From NCBI GenBank assembly GCA_028866015.1, contig JAGWIW010000006.1:11288-75287 (forward strand): a stretch of DNA of 64,000 nucleotides, in the 5' to 3' direction. How positions within the stretch are numbered: the first letter of the stretch is position 1; every line of letters starts with the position of its first letter. Positions 25,904-35,896 of the stretch are shown here, piece by piece. Below the pieces are notes generated by a model. That model made no database searches and was not told the origin of the DNA. It saw only the letters and a list, made by a program, of their open reading frames with translations. Both the position numbers and the translations under genes were made by a program. Source of the DNA: Betaproteobacteria bacterium. GTDB lineage: Bacteria > Pseudomonadota > Gammaproteobacteria > Burkholderiales > Ferrovaceae.

Positions 25904-27841
25904 TCAGAAGCGGTACTTGGCCAGCAGCGAGAAGGCCCTGCCGGGCGAAGGGTAGTAGCCGCCGTAGCTGTTGGCATAGTCGTAATACTGCCGGTTCAAG
26001 AGGTTGTTGGCCGAGGCCACCAGGCTCCATTGCCTGGTGATCATGCTGTTGTAGCGCAGGTCAGCCGTCCAGTAAAAAGGGATCGGGGGATAGGCGCCCA
26101 TAAAATCGGAGTCCACTGCCTGAGGCCCCACAAGACGGGCGGACAGGTCCAGAGTTTGCCGCTCCAGGGGCTTCCATTCGGCACCAGCCTGGATGTTGAA
26201 CAATGGCACCAGGGGTACGCGGTGACCCTGGTAGGGACCGTCCACAAAAATGGCCCGTATCCATTGCCCCGAAGCACGCAAGGCCATCTGAGAAGCCATC
26301 TGGTAACGGCCTTCCAGTTCCAGACCCTGGCGCTGGGTGGGCGGCAGGTTCACGTTGAGGTACTGGACCGGGTCAAACATCAGTTCGTTCTGGATGTTGC
26401 TGCGAAACACGCGCAAGGTGGCATTGCTGGGCCCCAACCGGTTCCACGAGATCCCGGCCTCGTAATCCATGGAGGTCTGGGGTTGCAGATTGCCGGCCGC
26501 TCCCCGAAGTTCATCGATATTGGCCACCCGGTAGCTTTGGCCGGTGCGCAGGTAGGATTCGACCGAAGAAAACAGGGTGCGCACATATTGCAGTTCGAAA
26601 GCGCTCAGGTTGGATGAGTCCGTTGAGGCCACTTCCTTTTGCAGGCGTTCTGATCGTACGCCGGCTATCAGGCGATCGGTGGGCGTGAGGCTCCAGTCGT
26701 CGCGCGCATAGACTGCACTGCTGTTCTGGATCAGACGTTCTCCCACTGTGGAATATTGGGGATAGGCCGGGTAGACCGAAGAGTAGGTCCGGTCCCAGCG
26801 GCTCAGGTCCACCCCCACCGTCAGCTCGCTGCCGTGCATGAATGCGTCGTGGATGCGGGCACGCGGCGAAAGGCTTGCGAAGTTGGCGGCAATACTGGTG
26901 TTTCCTCCCAGACTGGGCAAATTGGCGGACGACTGCTTGTTGCGCACGTTGGCATCCAAAGCCAGTTCCGTGCGGTCATAGATCGCCTTGCCAAAGACGG
27001 TCATCGTGTTGCCCGAAATGGTTCCGGCATCGAATGGCGTGAGAGTCTGGCGCGGGTTCTGCTGGAATTGGGCGAGCGTCAAGGGGCCGGGGAAATGGGT
27101 GTCTTCAGAGTCGGAGTACAGTCGTACCCCCAGTGTCCGGGTGGCGTCAGGCTGCCATTGCACGGAAGCGCCTCCAGTTCGCACCTGGGCCTGGTTGTTG
27201 GCCCGGTAGTTGTCGGTGTTGAAAGCCTTTCCGAATAGGGCGATGGACGTGCTGTCCACCTGTCGCGAGGCCCACACGTTCCCTTCCTTGGTGGCAAAAC
27301 TGCCTGCGCCGGCCGATGCGATGGCACTATTGCCCGGATGATTCTTGCTCACGATGTTGATGATGCCGCTGGTGGCCCCTTCACCGTACAGAACGCTTGA
27401 GCCGCCCCTGAAGATTTCGATGTGGTCGATGGATTCCACGGGAACCATGGACGTGCGGGCTGCCGCCTGCTCGATTTCTGAAAGGCGCACTCCGTCCAGC
27501 AGGACCACCACGTTGTTGTCGCTCGTGATGCCATAACCCCGCAGGTCGATGGACTGGTCCTGCGTGCCGTTGAGGTTGATGCGTGTCGGCACGTTGCCCA
27601 GTTTCTGCAGGATCTGGGATACATCGGTCAGGCCGCTTTGCGCAATCTGGTCGGCCGTGATGAGGGTGGTCTGCGGCAGGGATTGCGCCGGCGTTTCATC
27701 GAAGCGGGAAGACAGGACCGTGATGGGCGACAGGTCCGGCGTGTCGCTGTCGGCGCTGGCGTTGCCGACGGCGGCCAGGCTGACGAGAAGGGCGCCCAAG
27801 GCGGCCCGGGGAGCCCGCGAGGGCTGCAAGGGGTGTTTCAT
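25904..27841 (-). CDS. btuB: TonB-dependent outer-membrane receptor, probable cobalamin/corrinoid receptor
   Basis: Trimmed to the ATG at 27841 (GGGAG RBS; signal peptide MKHPLQPSRAPRAALGALLVSLAAVGNASA). It has a TonB-box-like PITVLSS, a plug (IEIFRGGSSVLYGEGATSGIINI) and a C-terminal ...LLAKYRF. A B12 riboswitch lies upstream. Confidence 0.82.
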   Translation of the reverse strand: MKHPLQPSRAPRAALGALLVSLAAVGNASADSDTPDLSPITVLSSRFDETPAQSLPQTTLITADQIAQSGLTDVSQILQKLGNVPTRINLNGTQDQSIDLRGYGITSDNNVVVLLDGVRLSEIEQAAARTSMVPVESIDHIEIFRGGSSVLYGEGATSGIINIVSKNHPGNSAIASAGAGSFATKEGNVWASRQVDSTSIALFGKAFNTDNYRANNQAQVRTGGASVQWQPDATRTLGVRLYSDSEDTHFPGPLTLAQFQQNPRQTLTPFDAGTISGNTMTVFGKAIYDRTELALDANVRNKQSSANLPSLGGNTSIAANFASLSPRARIHDAFMHGSELTVGVDLSRWDRTYSSVYPAYPQYSTVGERLIQNSSAVYARDDWSLTPTDRLIAGVRSERLQKEVASTDSSNLSAFELQYVRTLFSSVESYLRTGQSYRVANIDELRGAAGNLQPQTSMDYEAGISWNRLGPSNATLRVFRSNIQNELMFDPVQYLNVNLPPTQRQGLELEGRYQMASQMALRASGQWIRAIFVDGPYQGHRVPLVPLFNIQAGAEWKPLERQTLDLSARLVGPQAVDSDFMGAYPPIPFYWTADLRYNSMITRQWSLVASANNLLNRQYYDYANSYGGYYPSPGRAFSLLAKYRF

Positions 27842-27984
27842 GACAATCTCCCTGTTCATCATGACAGGGAAACACCTGGGATAACTCAAGGCGGAGCATG
27901 CGTTCGGTGAAGCTGAACGGACGAGCCTGAATACTGCTACCCCGCAGTATTTCCGGTGCGCCAGACCATTCTGGCGACTTGGTG

Positions 27985-28172
27985 GCTGGGGCCGGTCTCC
28001 GGGCTTGTCCGTCACAGCTTTGCCGTCTTCCCGGGAAGCGGGCATGAACCCAGTCGACCCAGTGACTACAGTGGCAAAGCATTCAGACTTACCGTTGCGG
28101 GGGCAGCACAGGCATCTCACCTGTTTCCCGTTTCACCCGGATTCGAAGCGGACATCCGGGCACCCCGATGTG
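27985..28172 (-). promoter_or_regulatory. cobalamin (B12) riboswitch
   Basis: The minus strand reads GGGGUGCC...AAUCCGGGUGAAACGGGAAACAGGUGAGAUGCCUGUGCUGCCCCCGCAACGGUAAG...UUUGCCACUG...GGGAAGACGGC...AAGCCCGGAGACCGGCC. These are the conserved core, the GCCACUG element and the B12 box. A downstream hairpin CCCTGT/ACAGGG overlaps the btuB SD. Confidence 0.88.
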
Positions 28173-28272
28173 AACCATTCACATCTGCTGGGCGGATTGT
28201 ATCGGAAGAATGTTTGGGGGCCTAGTCGCACGGCAATTGACGCCGCAACGCGCGGCCATTTATATTGCATTC

Positions 28273-28464
28273 ATGGAAAAGTATTTCGCCAGTCTGGAAC
28301 ACAAAATCGATCGCGTCATTGAGCAGTGCGACGCGTTGCGCGCGGAAAACCAGCGCTTGCGCCAGGAGCTGATCCTGAAAACCGATGAGGTGCGTGTGCT
28401 GTCCGATCGCATGGAAGAAGCGCGGCACCGTCTCGAACAACTTGTTGCCCAGGTTCCGAGCTAG
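28273..28464 (+). CDS. small coiled-coil protein, TIGR02449-type (found upstream of zapA in other proteobacteria)
   Basis: Trimmed to the ATG at 28273, giving 63 aa (MEKYFASLEHKIDRVIEQCDALRAENQRLRQEL...), a heptad-rich sequence. It ends 2 nt before zapA. Confidence 0.7.
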   Translation: MEKYFASLEHKIDRVIEQCDALRAENQRLRQELILKTDEVRVLSDRMEEARHRLEQLVAQVPS

Positions 28465-28466
28465 AC

Positions 28467-28781
28467 ATGGCCACACCTGAATCCGTCGCGTTGGAATTTT
28501 CCATCATGGACAGGCCGTACAAGGTTTCCTGTGCACCCGAACACAAGCCGTTGCTGCTGGAGGCCGCTCAGGAACTGGACCGGCGCATGCGCGAAGTCCG
28601 TTCCCATTCGGAAGGGATCGGGCCGGAACGGGCGGCAGTGATGGCCGGACTGAATGCGGTCTATGAAATGCTTGAACAAAAAGCGGCCAGCAGCTGGGAT
28701 GTGGTCGACGTCAAGCGTAGAATAAAAGACTTGGAAGAGCGACTGGATCGCTGTTTCTTTGAGCAGGAAACCCTTTTTTAA
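28467..28781 (+). CDS. zapA: cell division protein ZapA
   Basis: 104 aa. Contains LEFSIMDRPYKVSCAPEHKPLLLEAAQELDRRMREV...AVMAGLNAVYEM. Confidence 0.85.
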   Translation: MATPESVALEFSIMDRPYKVSCAPEHKPLLLEAAQELDRRMREVRSHSEGIGPERAAVMAGLNAVYEMLEQKAASSWDVVDVKRRIKDLEERLDRCFFEQETLF

Positions 28782-28782
28782 G

Positions 28783-28968
28783 ATTCCCCTGGGGTGCTCG
28801 TTACGGTTTCAATTCTTTGAACCGATAATCATCTAACCCTGGCTGTCGACCCGATGGGTGCTGTTGTGCGCGTCCTACCTGGAAGCGCCTGATGCACCCG
28901 GTAGACAGCCACCTTCTAGAGGCTTGGGTTCAAGATGCCGACCGGACGACACCTGCGGGGGACCCCCA
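28783..28968 (+). ncRNA. ssrS: 6S RNA
   Basis: It sits immediately 3-prime of zapA, the canonical position. The ends can pair (CCCC..GGUGCUCG with CGACACC..GGGG). An internal GGCUUGGGUUCAAG...GACGACAC segment resembles E. coli 6S (CCAAGGGUUCAAGG...GACGACAC). The ends are approximate. Confidence 0.72.
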
Positions 28969-28972
28969 ATCC

Positions 28973-29446
28973 ATGGCCTACTGGCTGATGAAATCCGAAC
29001 CCTCCGAAGTCAGTATTGACGACCTGCTGCAAAGCCCGGGGCAACGCGTGGACTGGTTTGGCGTTCGCAATTACCAGGCGCGCAACTACATGATGAGGGA
29101 CATGAAGGTGGGAGATGGGGTGCTGTTCTATCATTCGAGCTGCCCACAGCCGGGCGTTGCCGGGCTCGCTGAAGTGTCGCGCCTGGCCCTTCCCGATGAA
29201 ACCCAATTCGATTCCGCATCCCCTTATTACGATCCCAAGGCCACCCGTGAGCGGCCGCGCTGGTACAACGTGGAAGTCCGGGCCGTGAAAAAGACGCCGT
29301 TGCTGCCCCTGGCTGCGTTGCGCGCTGAACCAGCGCTTCAGGACATGCGGTTGCTGGCGCGCGGAAACCGCCTGTCCATCACGCCCGTAACGCCTGCAGA
29401 ATGGAAAATCGTGCTGGGCCTGCTCAGCGCTGAGTCAGGCGGGTGA
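28973..29446 (+). CDS. EVE (PUA-like) domain protein
   Basis: Trimmed to the ATG at 28973 ([18 protein letters not shown]...[27 protein letters not shown]...). The upstream part of the track ORF overlaps the 6S RNA. Confidence 0.78.
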   Translation: MAYWLMKSEPSEVSIDDLLQSPGQRVDWFGVRNYQARNYMMRDMKVGDGVLFYHSSCPQPGVAGLAEVSRLALPDETQFDSASPYYDPKATRERPRWYNVEVRAVKKTPLLPLAALRAEPALQDMRLLARGNRLSITPVTPAEWKIVLGLLSAESGG

Positions 29447-30311
29447 GCGCTTCCTGATACTTGGCTGCCGTGCCGGAAGCAATGGCTTCGGGCAACTCCG
29501 GAGCTGGCGGCTGTTTGTTCCAGTGGATGGATTCCAGCCAGTTGCGCACGAACTGCTTGTCGAAACTTTCCGGGCTTTCCCCCACACGATAGCTGTCCCG
29601 CGGCCAGAAACGCGAGGAATCCGGGGTCAGCACTTCGTCGATGAGCGTGAGCGTGCCGTCCCGGTCCAGGCCGAATTCGAATTTGGTGTCGGCAATGATG
29701 ATGCCGCGAGCCCAGGCGTAGTCTGCCGCGGCCTGGTACAGCTCCAGGGCCTTGTCGCGAACCTGGGCCGCCCGCTCAGCACCCACCAGCTGCACGGCCC
29801 TGTCGAAGTCGATGTTCTCGTCGTGGTCGCCCACGGCCGCTTTGGTTGCCGGCGTAAAAAGAGGCTGGGGCAGGCGTTCTGCACGTTGCAGGCCGGGAGG
29901 GAGGGCAATGCCGCAGATGGAACCCTGGGCCTGGTATTCCTTCCAGCCAGACCCTTCGATGTAGCCCCGCACCACCGCTTCCAGCGGCAGCGCCTGCATG
30001 CGTTTGGCCACCACGGAACGGCCGGCCACCTGGTCCCGTTCCTCTGCGCTGACGACGCTTTCCGGGTCGATGCCGCTCAGGTGGTTGGGAACCCGGTCTT
30101 CAAAGTGACTGAACCAGAAATTCGTGAGTGTGTTGAGAATGATGCCCTTGCCGGGAATGGGCGTGGGGAAAACCACATCGAAGGCCGACAGGCGGTCCGT
30201 GGTCACCAGCAGCAGGTGATCGTCACCCACTGCGTAAATGTCACGAACCTTGCCGCGTGCCACCAGCGGCAAGGAACGGATGTCGGTCTGCAGGACAGGC
30301 TTGACGCTCAA
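29424..30311 (-). CDS. purC: phosphoribosylaminoimidazole-succinocarboxamide synthase
   Basis: 295 aa. Contains [23 protein letters not shown] and [10 protein letters not shown]. An apparent TTG start overlaps the pyk stop (TTGA). Confidence 0.88.
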   Translation of the reverse strand: MSVKPVLQTDIRSLPLVARGKVRDIYAVGDDHLLLVTTDRLSAFDVVFPTPIPGKGIILNTLTNFWFSHFEDRVPNHLSGIDPESVVSAEERDQVAGRSVVAKRMQALPLEAVVRGYIEGSGWKEYQAQGSICGIALPPGLQRAERLPQPLFTPATKAAVGDHDENIDFDRAVQLVGAERAAQVRDKALELYQAAADYAWARGIIIADTKFEFGLDRDGTLTLIDEVLTPDSSRFWPRDSYRVGESPESFDKQFVRNWLESIHWNKQPPAPELPEAIASGTAAKYQEALTRLTQR

Positions 30312-31735
30312 TGCAGGTCACCGATCCGGATGATTTTCATGGTGTTGGTGCCGCCCGGGCTGCCGATGGGTTCGCCGATGGTCAGCAGAATCAGGTCACC
30401 GGCCTTTACCGCGCCCAGCTCCAGCAGCTTGGCTTCGGCCAGGGCCATGATTTCCGCAGGCCCCAGGGTGGTGTGCTGGAAATCGACCGGATAGACGCCG
30501 CGGAACAGGGTAACGCGACGCTGGGTTTCTTCCACCGGAGTCATGGCGTAAATCGGCACGTTGGTGTCCGCGCGGGACATGAGCAAGGCCGTGGCGCCAC
30601 TCTGGGTGAGTGCTGCGATGGCTTTCACGTCCAGATGGCGGGTGGTATGGATGACGGCGCGAGCCACCGCCTTTTCCACACGGTCGATGCGGTCGAGCGG
30701 TTCTACATCCGAAAAAGGCTGGACTCCCTGTTTTTCAGCTTCCGTGCAAACCCGAGCCATGGCGGCAATGGCTTCCACCGGATACTGACCCGCGGCAGAT
30801 TCGGCGGAAAGCATCACGGCATCGCTGCCATCGAGCACGGCATTGGCCACATCGGACACTTCGGCACGGGTGGGGACGGGGCTCGATATCATGGATTCCA
30901 TCATTTGCGTGGCCGTGATGACGGTCTTGTTCATCTGGCGCGCAAGCCGGATCATGCGTTTCTGCATGGCGGGCACTGCCGCATCACCCACTTCGACCGC
31001 CAGGTCGCCGCGGGCCACCATGATGGAGTCGCTGGCTGCAATGATGTCTTCCAGGGCGTCGATGGCTTCCGCACGTTCGATCTTGGACTGGATGTGGGCG
31101 TGCCCTCCGGCCTTGACCATCAGGTCGCGCGCCCATTGCACATCCGCACCGGAACGGGGAAAGGAGACGGCAAGGTAGTCCACCTTCAGGCGGGCCGCCA
31201 GCTTGATGTCTTCCATGTCCTTTTCGGTCAGGGCGGGGGCGGTCAAGCCTCCGCCACGGCGGTTGATGCCCTTGTTGTTGGACAGGGGGCCGCCCTGGAC
31301 CACGGTGGTGTAGACCTGGTTGCCCGCCACCTTTTCGACGCGCAACTCGATTTTTCCGTCATCCAGCAGGAGGGCATCGCCGCCGGAAACATCCTGTGGC
31401 AGTTCCTTGTAATCCAGGCCGACCCGCTCCTGGTCTCCCAGGGCGCAGTCTGCATCCAGGATGAACGTGTCGCCTGCCTTGAGCAGGACTTTCGAGTCAC
31501 GGAACTTGCCGACCCGGATTTTGGGGCCTTGCAGGTCGCCCAGAATGCCCACGGTGCGCCCCAGTTTTTTGGCGATGGCGCGGATCGTCTCGACGCGCTC
31601 GCGGTGGTCCTGCTCGGAACCGTGCGAAAAGTTGAGGCGGGCGACGTCCATGCCAGCCAGGATCATGCGTTCCAGGACTTCCGGGCTGCTGGACGCAGGG
31701 CCTATGGTGGCGACGATTTTGGTGCGACGGGGCAT
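30308..31735 (-). CDS. pyk: pyruvate kinase
   Basis: 475 aa. Contains [31 protein letters not shown] and ATQMMESM. Confidence 0.93.
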   Translation of the reverse strand: MPRRTKIVATIGPASSSPEVLERMILAGMDVARLNFSHGSEQDHRERVETIRAIAKKLGRTVGILGDLQGPKIRVGKFRDSKVLLKAGDTFILDADCALGDQERVGLDYKELPQDVSGGDALLLDDGKIELRVEKVAGNQVYTTVVQGGPLSNNKGINRRGGGLTAPALTEKDMEDIKLAARLKVDYLAVSFPRSGADVQWARDLMVKAGGHAHIQSKIERAEAIDALEDIIAASDSIMVARGDLAVEVGDAAVPAMQKRMIRLARQMNKTVITATQMMESMISSPVPTRAEVSDVANAVLDGSDAVMLSAESAAGQYPVEAIAAMARVCTEAEKQGVQPFSDVEPLDRIDRVEKAVARAVIHTTRHLDVKAIAALTQSGATALLMSRADTNVPIYAMTPVEETQRRVTLFRGVYPVDFQHTTLGPAEIMALAEAKLLELGAVKAGDLILLTIGEPIGSPGGTNTMKIIRIGDLH

Positions 31736-31771
31736 CTGCTTAAAACTCCTTTATAAACAATCTATTATGGT

Positions 31772-32953
31772 TCAATGGGTGCGGGATTCCAGCACGCTTA
31801 CGGCAGGCAGTTCGCGACCTTCCAGAAATTCGAGGAACGCGCCGCCGCCGGTAGAAATGTAGGACACCCGGTCAGCAATCCCGTATTTTGCCACGGCTGC
31901 GAGCGTATCTCCTCCCCCAGCGATGGAAAAGGCATTCGAATCGGCAATGGCCATGGCCAATGCCTTGGTGCCCTGCCCGAACTGGTCGAACTCGAATACC
32001 CCCACCGGGCCGTTCCAGACGATGGTGCCGGCCTCCTTCAGGATGGCGGCCAGCTGGGCGGCTGATTTCGGCCCGATGTCCAGGATCATGTCGTCATCGG
32101 ACACGTCGTCCACGGATTTCAGGGTGGCTTCGGCCGATTCAGAAAAGGCTTTTGCCACCACCACATCCACCGGGATGGGGACGTTTCCTCCCCGGGCGCG
32201 GGCCGCTTCGATGATGTTGCGGGCTTCTTCCACCAGGTCAGGTTCGGCCAGGGATTTGCCGATTTTTTTGCCGGCAGCCAGCAGGAACGTGTTGGCAATG
32301 CCACCACCAACGATCAGCTGGTCGACTTTTTGGGACAGGGTCGAAAGCACGGTCAGCTTGGTTGACACCTTCGATCCGGCCACGATGGCCACCAGCGGAC
32401 GGGCCGGCTGCTTCAGGGCGCGCCCCAGGGCATCCAATTCGGCTGCCAGCAGGGGGCCGGCGCAGGCCACAGGCGCAAAGCGGGCCACGCCATGGGTGGA
32501 TGCCTCGGCGCGATGGGCGGTGCCAAAGGCATCCATCACGAAAACATCGCACAGGGCGGCCATGCGACGCGACAGGGCTTCGTCGTCCTTCTTCTCGCCG
32601 GGATTGAAACGGACGTTTTCAAACAGGACCACCTGCCCGGGTTCCACCGAAATTTCCTGATCCAGCCAGTGCCGGATCAGCGGTACGGGCTGGCCACCCA
32701 GCAGTTCCGACAGTCGCCGGGCCACCGGGGCAAGGGAGCTGGCCTCGTCGAAAGTGCCTTCCGTGGGACGACCCAGATGGGACATCAGCATGAGGCGCGC
32801 CCCGGCGGTCAAGGCCTGGCGGATGCCCGGCAGGCTGGCCCTGATGCGCGTATCGTCGGTGATGACGCCATCCTTCAGCGGCACATTGAAATCGACCCGG
32901 ACCAGCACGCGTTTACCGGCAAGATCGAGGTCTTGCATGCGAATGATGCTCAT
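31772..32953 (-). CDS. pgk: phosphoglycerate kinase
   Basis: Trimmed to the ATG at 32953 ([25 protein letters not shown]...). Also contains SHLGRP and [13 protein letters not shown]. Confidence 0.93.
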   Translation of the reverse strand: MSIIRMQDLDLAGKRVLVRVDFNVPLKDGVITDDTRIRASLPGIRQALTAGARLMLMSHLGRPTEGTFDEASSLAPVARRLSELLGGQPVPLIRHWLDQEISVEPGQVVLFENVRFNPGEKKDDEALSRRMAALCDVFVMDAFGTAHRAEASTHGVARFAPVACAGPLLAAELDALGRALKQPARPLVAIVAGSKVSTKLTVLSTLSQKVDQLIVGGGIANTFLLAAGKKIGKSLAEPDLVEEARNIIEAARARGGNVPIPVDVVVAKAFSESAEATLKSVDDVSDDDMILDIGPKSAAQLAAILKEAGTIVWNGPVGVFEFDQFGQGTKALAMAIADSNAFSIAGGGDTLAAVAKYGIADRVSYISTGGGAFLEFLEGRELPAVSVLESRTH

Positions 32954-32979
32954 GGTGTTTTTCCTGTGCGGGCCGTGAT

Positions 32980-33990
32980 TCAGGCAGCCATCCAGGCTGC
33001 GGTGACATCCAGCATGCGGTTGCTGAACCCCCATTCGTTGTCATACCAGGCCAGCACCTTCACCAGCGTGCCTCCCGATACTTTGGTCAGGGTGGCGTCA
33101 AACGTGCTGGATGCTGGGTCGTGGTTGAAATCAATCGACACCAGGGGGGCTGTGTTGTAGTTGAGCACACCTTTGAGAGGTCCATCGGCAGCCGCTTTCA
33201 TGAGGGCATTCACTTCCTCTACCGTGGTCGCGCGGGCTGCTTCGAAAGTCAGGTCCACCAGGGACACGTTGATGGTGGGAACGCGCACGGCGAAGCCATC
33301 CAGCTTGCCGTTGAGTTCAGGCAGCACCAGGCCTACTGCAGCGGCAGCCCCGGTTTTGGTGGGGATCATCGACATGGTGGCCGAACGCGCACGGCGCAGG
33401 TCGGAGTGGTAGACGTCGGTCAGAACCTGGTCGTTGGTGTAGGAGTGCACCGTGGTCATCAACCCTTTGACCACGCCGATGGACTCATGCAGCGGTTTCA
33501 CCAGGGGGGCCAGGCAGTTGGTGGTGCAGGAGGCATTGGAAATCACGGTCATGTCGGATTTCAGGACATGATGGTTGACACCGTAAACCACGGTTGCATC
33601 CACGTCGTTGCCGCCCGGTGCGGAAATCACCACCTTTTTTGCGCCGCCTTTCAGGTGGGCCGAGGCTTTTTCCTTGCTGGTGAAGAGGCCGGTGCATTCC
33701 AGCACCACGTCAACGCCCACGCTGCCCCAGGGAATGTCTGCGGGATTGCGATGGGAGAACACACGGATGACGTCACCGTTGATGATCATTGCATCGTCAC
33801 GGACGGCCACGTCGGCCCTGAACCTGCCGTGGGCCGTGTCATACCGGGTCAGGTGGGCATTGGTTTCGGGGTTTCCCAGATCGTTGATGGCCACGATCTG
33901 AAGCCCATGCCGGTTCCCGGTTTCGTACAGCGCGCGCAGCACATTTCGGCCGATACGGCCATATCCGTTGATTCCAATGCGAACAGCCAT
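32980..33990 (-). CDS. gap: glyceraldehyde-3-phosphate dehydrogenase
   Basis: 336 aa. Contains [12 protein letters not shown], the active site [12 protein letters not shown], and WYDNEWGFS. Confidence 0.94.
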   Translation of the reverse strand: MAVRIGINGYGRIGRNVLRALYETGNRHGLQIVAINDLGNPETNAHLTRYDTAHGRFRADVAVRDDAMIINGDVIRVFSHRNPADIPWGSVGVDVVLECTGLFTSKEKASAHLKGGAKKVVISAPGGNDVDATVVYGVNHHVLKSDMTVISNASCTTNCLAPLVKPLHESIGVVKGLMTTVHSYTNDQVLTDVYHSDLRRARSATMSMIPTKTGAAAAVGLVLPELNGKLDGFAVRVPTINVSLVDLTFEAARATTVEEVNALMKAAADGPLKGVLNYNTAPLVSIDFNHDPASSTFDATLTKVSGGTLVKVLAWYDNEWGFSNRMLDVTAAWMAA

Positions 33991-34160
33991 GAAGTTCTCC
34001 TCGTCAGTGCGGATTTAGTAAAAATGCAGTAATGAAAACCGGGCCCGATTATCCGCGACCCCACAGTGGAGTGTCGCAACAGTTAAGGTATTGCCCGACA
34101 TTATAAAAAAATATGAGGAATTAATGAAGCCATTATAAAATGGACTTATAAATATTTCTT

Positions 34161-35102
34161 ATGGGGTTGGCCGTGCATTTCACGTTCAGGCAATTGCAAA
34201 TATTCGAGTCGGTGGCCCGACTGCTCAACTTTTCAAGGGCCAGCGAGGAACTGCATCTGACGCAGCCGGCAGTCTCCATGCAGATCAAGCAACTGGAAGA
34301 CGTCATCGGCATCCCGCTGTTCGAGCAGATGGGCAAGCGCATCTTCCTGACCCAGGCCGGGGAAGAGCTGTATCAGCATGCCCGCATCATCGCGCGCCAG
34401 ATGAAGGATGCCCAGGAGGCGATCGAGAGCTTGCGGGAAGGGGTGAGCGGCCGCCTCGACATCGCCATCATCAGTACGGCCAAATACTTCGCGCCCACGC
34501 TGCTTACGCGTTTCTGCGAACTGCATCCGGCCGTTCAGCTCAAGCTGTCCGTCAGCAACCGCGAAGGCATCGTGCATCAGTTGATGCACAACGAAGTGGA
34601 TCTGGTCATCATGGGGCAGCCGCCGGAAGAGCTGGGGGTGGTCATGGAACCTTTCGCCCGCAATGCCCATATCATCGTGGCGAGACCCGCCCACCCGCTG
34701 GTTGGCCTGAAGCGCCTGACGCTGGAACGGGTGGCTGAGGAGCCCTTCCTGCTGCGCGAAAAGGGCTCGGGGACCCGTCAACTACTGGAACGTTTCCTGG
34801 CATCCCATGGGCTGGGCGTCAAGCCGCGCATGGAAATGAGCAGCAACGAAACCATCAAGCAGGCGGCCATCGCCGGCATGGGCATTGCCTTCCTTTCGGA
34901 GCACACGGTGACGCTGGAACTGGAAACGGAACGGCTGACCATCCTGCCAGTACCGGGGCTGCCCATTGTGCGCGACTGGAACCTGGTGCACCACCGCGAA
35001 AAACGGTTGTCGCCGGTGGCCCGGGCATTCAAGCAGTTTCTGCTGGAACAGGCGCCGCAAATGCTGCCCCAGGTGGGGGTGCGTCAGCGCAAGGCCGGCT
35101 AG
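34161..35102 (+). CDS. cbbR: LysR-family transcriptional regulator, CbbR-like
   Basis: 313 aa. HTH FTFRQLQIFESVARLLNFSRASEELHLTQPAVSMQIKQLE, plus REKGSGTR and KRLSPVARAFKQFL, closely resembles CbbR regulators of Calvin-cycle operons as I recall them. It is divergent from gap-pgk-pyk. Confidence 0.72.
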   Translation: MGLAVHFTFRQLQIFESVARLLNFSRASEELHLTQPAVSMQIKQLEDVIGIPLFEQMGKRIFLTQAGEELYQHARIIARQMKDAQEAIESLREGVSGRLDIAIISTAKYFAPTLLTRFCELHPAVQLKLSVSNREGIVHQLMHNEVDLVIMGQPPEELGVVMEPFARNAHIIVARPAHPLVGLKRLTLERVAEEPFLLREKGSGTRQLLERFLASHGLGVKPRMEMSSNETIKQAAIAGMGIAFLSEHTVTLELETERLTILPVPGLPIVRDWNLVHHREKRLSPVARAFKQFLLEQAPQMLPQVGVRQRKAG

Positions 35103-35890
35103 AGATGCTCCCGCAGCCAGGCTCTCCACTCGTAAAACAGGGCAGGTGAAAGCCCGGCAATCACTGAACGTTTCCAGGGGGGGGCAGCCCAGAAGTCATC
35201 GTGTTCCAGGGTGCTGCAGCGCCCTCCGGCTTCCTCCAGAATGAGGGAGCCTGCCGCATAATCCCAGAGCTTCTGTCCGCCATGCAGGTAAAGGTTGAAG
35301 CGGCCTGCGGCCACGTAACACCATTCCAGCGTACTGGCCCCAAAATTGCGCTGGGATGCGTAAGGCGGCCGGTGGCCCAAAGCCAGGGCGAGTTTTTCGG
35401 GGAGGCGCTTGAGGTCCACGGCAGCCACGGCTTCGGCGAAATCCGGACTGGACGAGATGATGGGCAACTGCACGCCATCAAGCCAGGCCCCTCCCCCCTT
35501 TTCCGCGTAGAACGTCTCGTCGGCCACAGGGTCGTACACCACGCCCAGAACCGGCTGCCCGCCCTTCATGAGGGCCACGGAAACGGCAAAATAGGGAATC
35601 CCGTGCACGAAATTGGAAGTGCCGTCGATGGGGTCGACGCACCAGACGCCGGCATGGTTGTCCTGCCAGAGCGCTTTCTGGCGCGCTTCCGACATTTCCT
35701 CTCCCAGGATGGGGCAGTCGTGAAGCTTGGCGAGCGCTGAGACCAGCGCTTCCTGTGAGGCCAGATCGGCCTGGGTGAACAGGCTGCCATCGTTTTTCCG
35801 GTCATGGGCCACCTTCAGGTAGCGCGGCATGATTTCCGTGTGGGCAACCGACTTGACAACCTGGATGAGCGATTCAAGCATGAGGCTCAT
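35099..35890 (-). CDS. inositol monophosphatase family protein (SuhB-like)
   Basis: Trimmed to the ATG at 35890, giving 263 aa. Contains ILGEE, WCVDPIDGTSNFVHG and WDYAAG. The 179-aa upstream extension in the track is antisense to rsmE. Confidence 0.82.
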   Translation of the reverse strand: MSLMLESLIQVVKSVAHTEIMPRYLKVAHDRKNDGSLFTQADLASQEALVSALAKLHDCPILGEEMSEARQKALWQDNHAGVWCVDPIDGTSNFVHGIPYFAVSVALMKGGQPVLGVVYDPVADETFYAEKGGGAWLDGVQLPIISSSPDFAEAVAAVDLKRLPEKLALALGHRPPYASQRNFGASTLEWCYVAAGRFNLYLHGGQKLWDYAAGSLILEEAGGRCSTLEHDDFWAAPPWKRSVIAGLSPALFYEWRAWLREHL

Positions 35891-35896
35891 GATAGC

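Noticed and set aside
28210-28272. Longer 84-aa form of the small coiled-coil protein starting at the ATG at 28210.
   Set aside because: The extra 21 residues are not coiled-coil-like, and the GGAAG element lies only 2 nt from that ATG. The 63-aa form matches the typical length of the family. The short form lacks an obvious SD, so its start remains somewhat uncertain.
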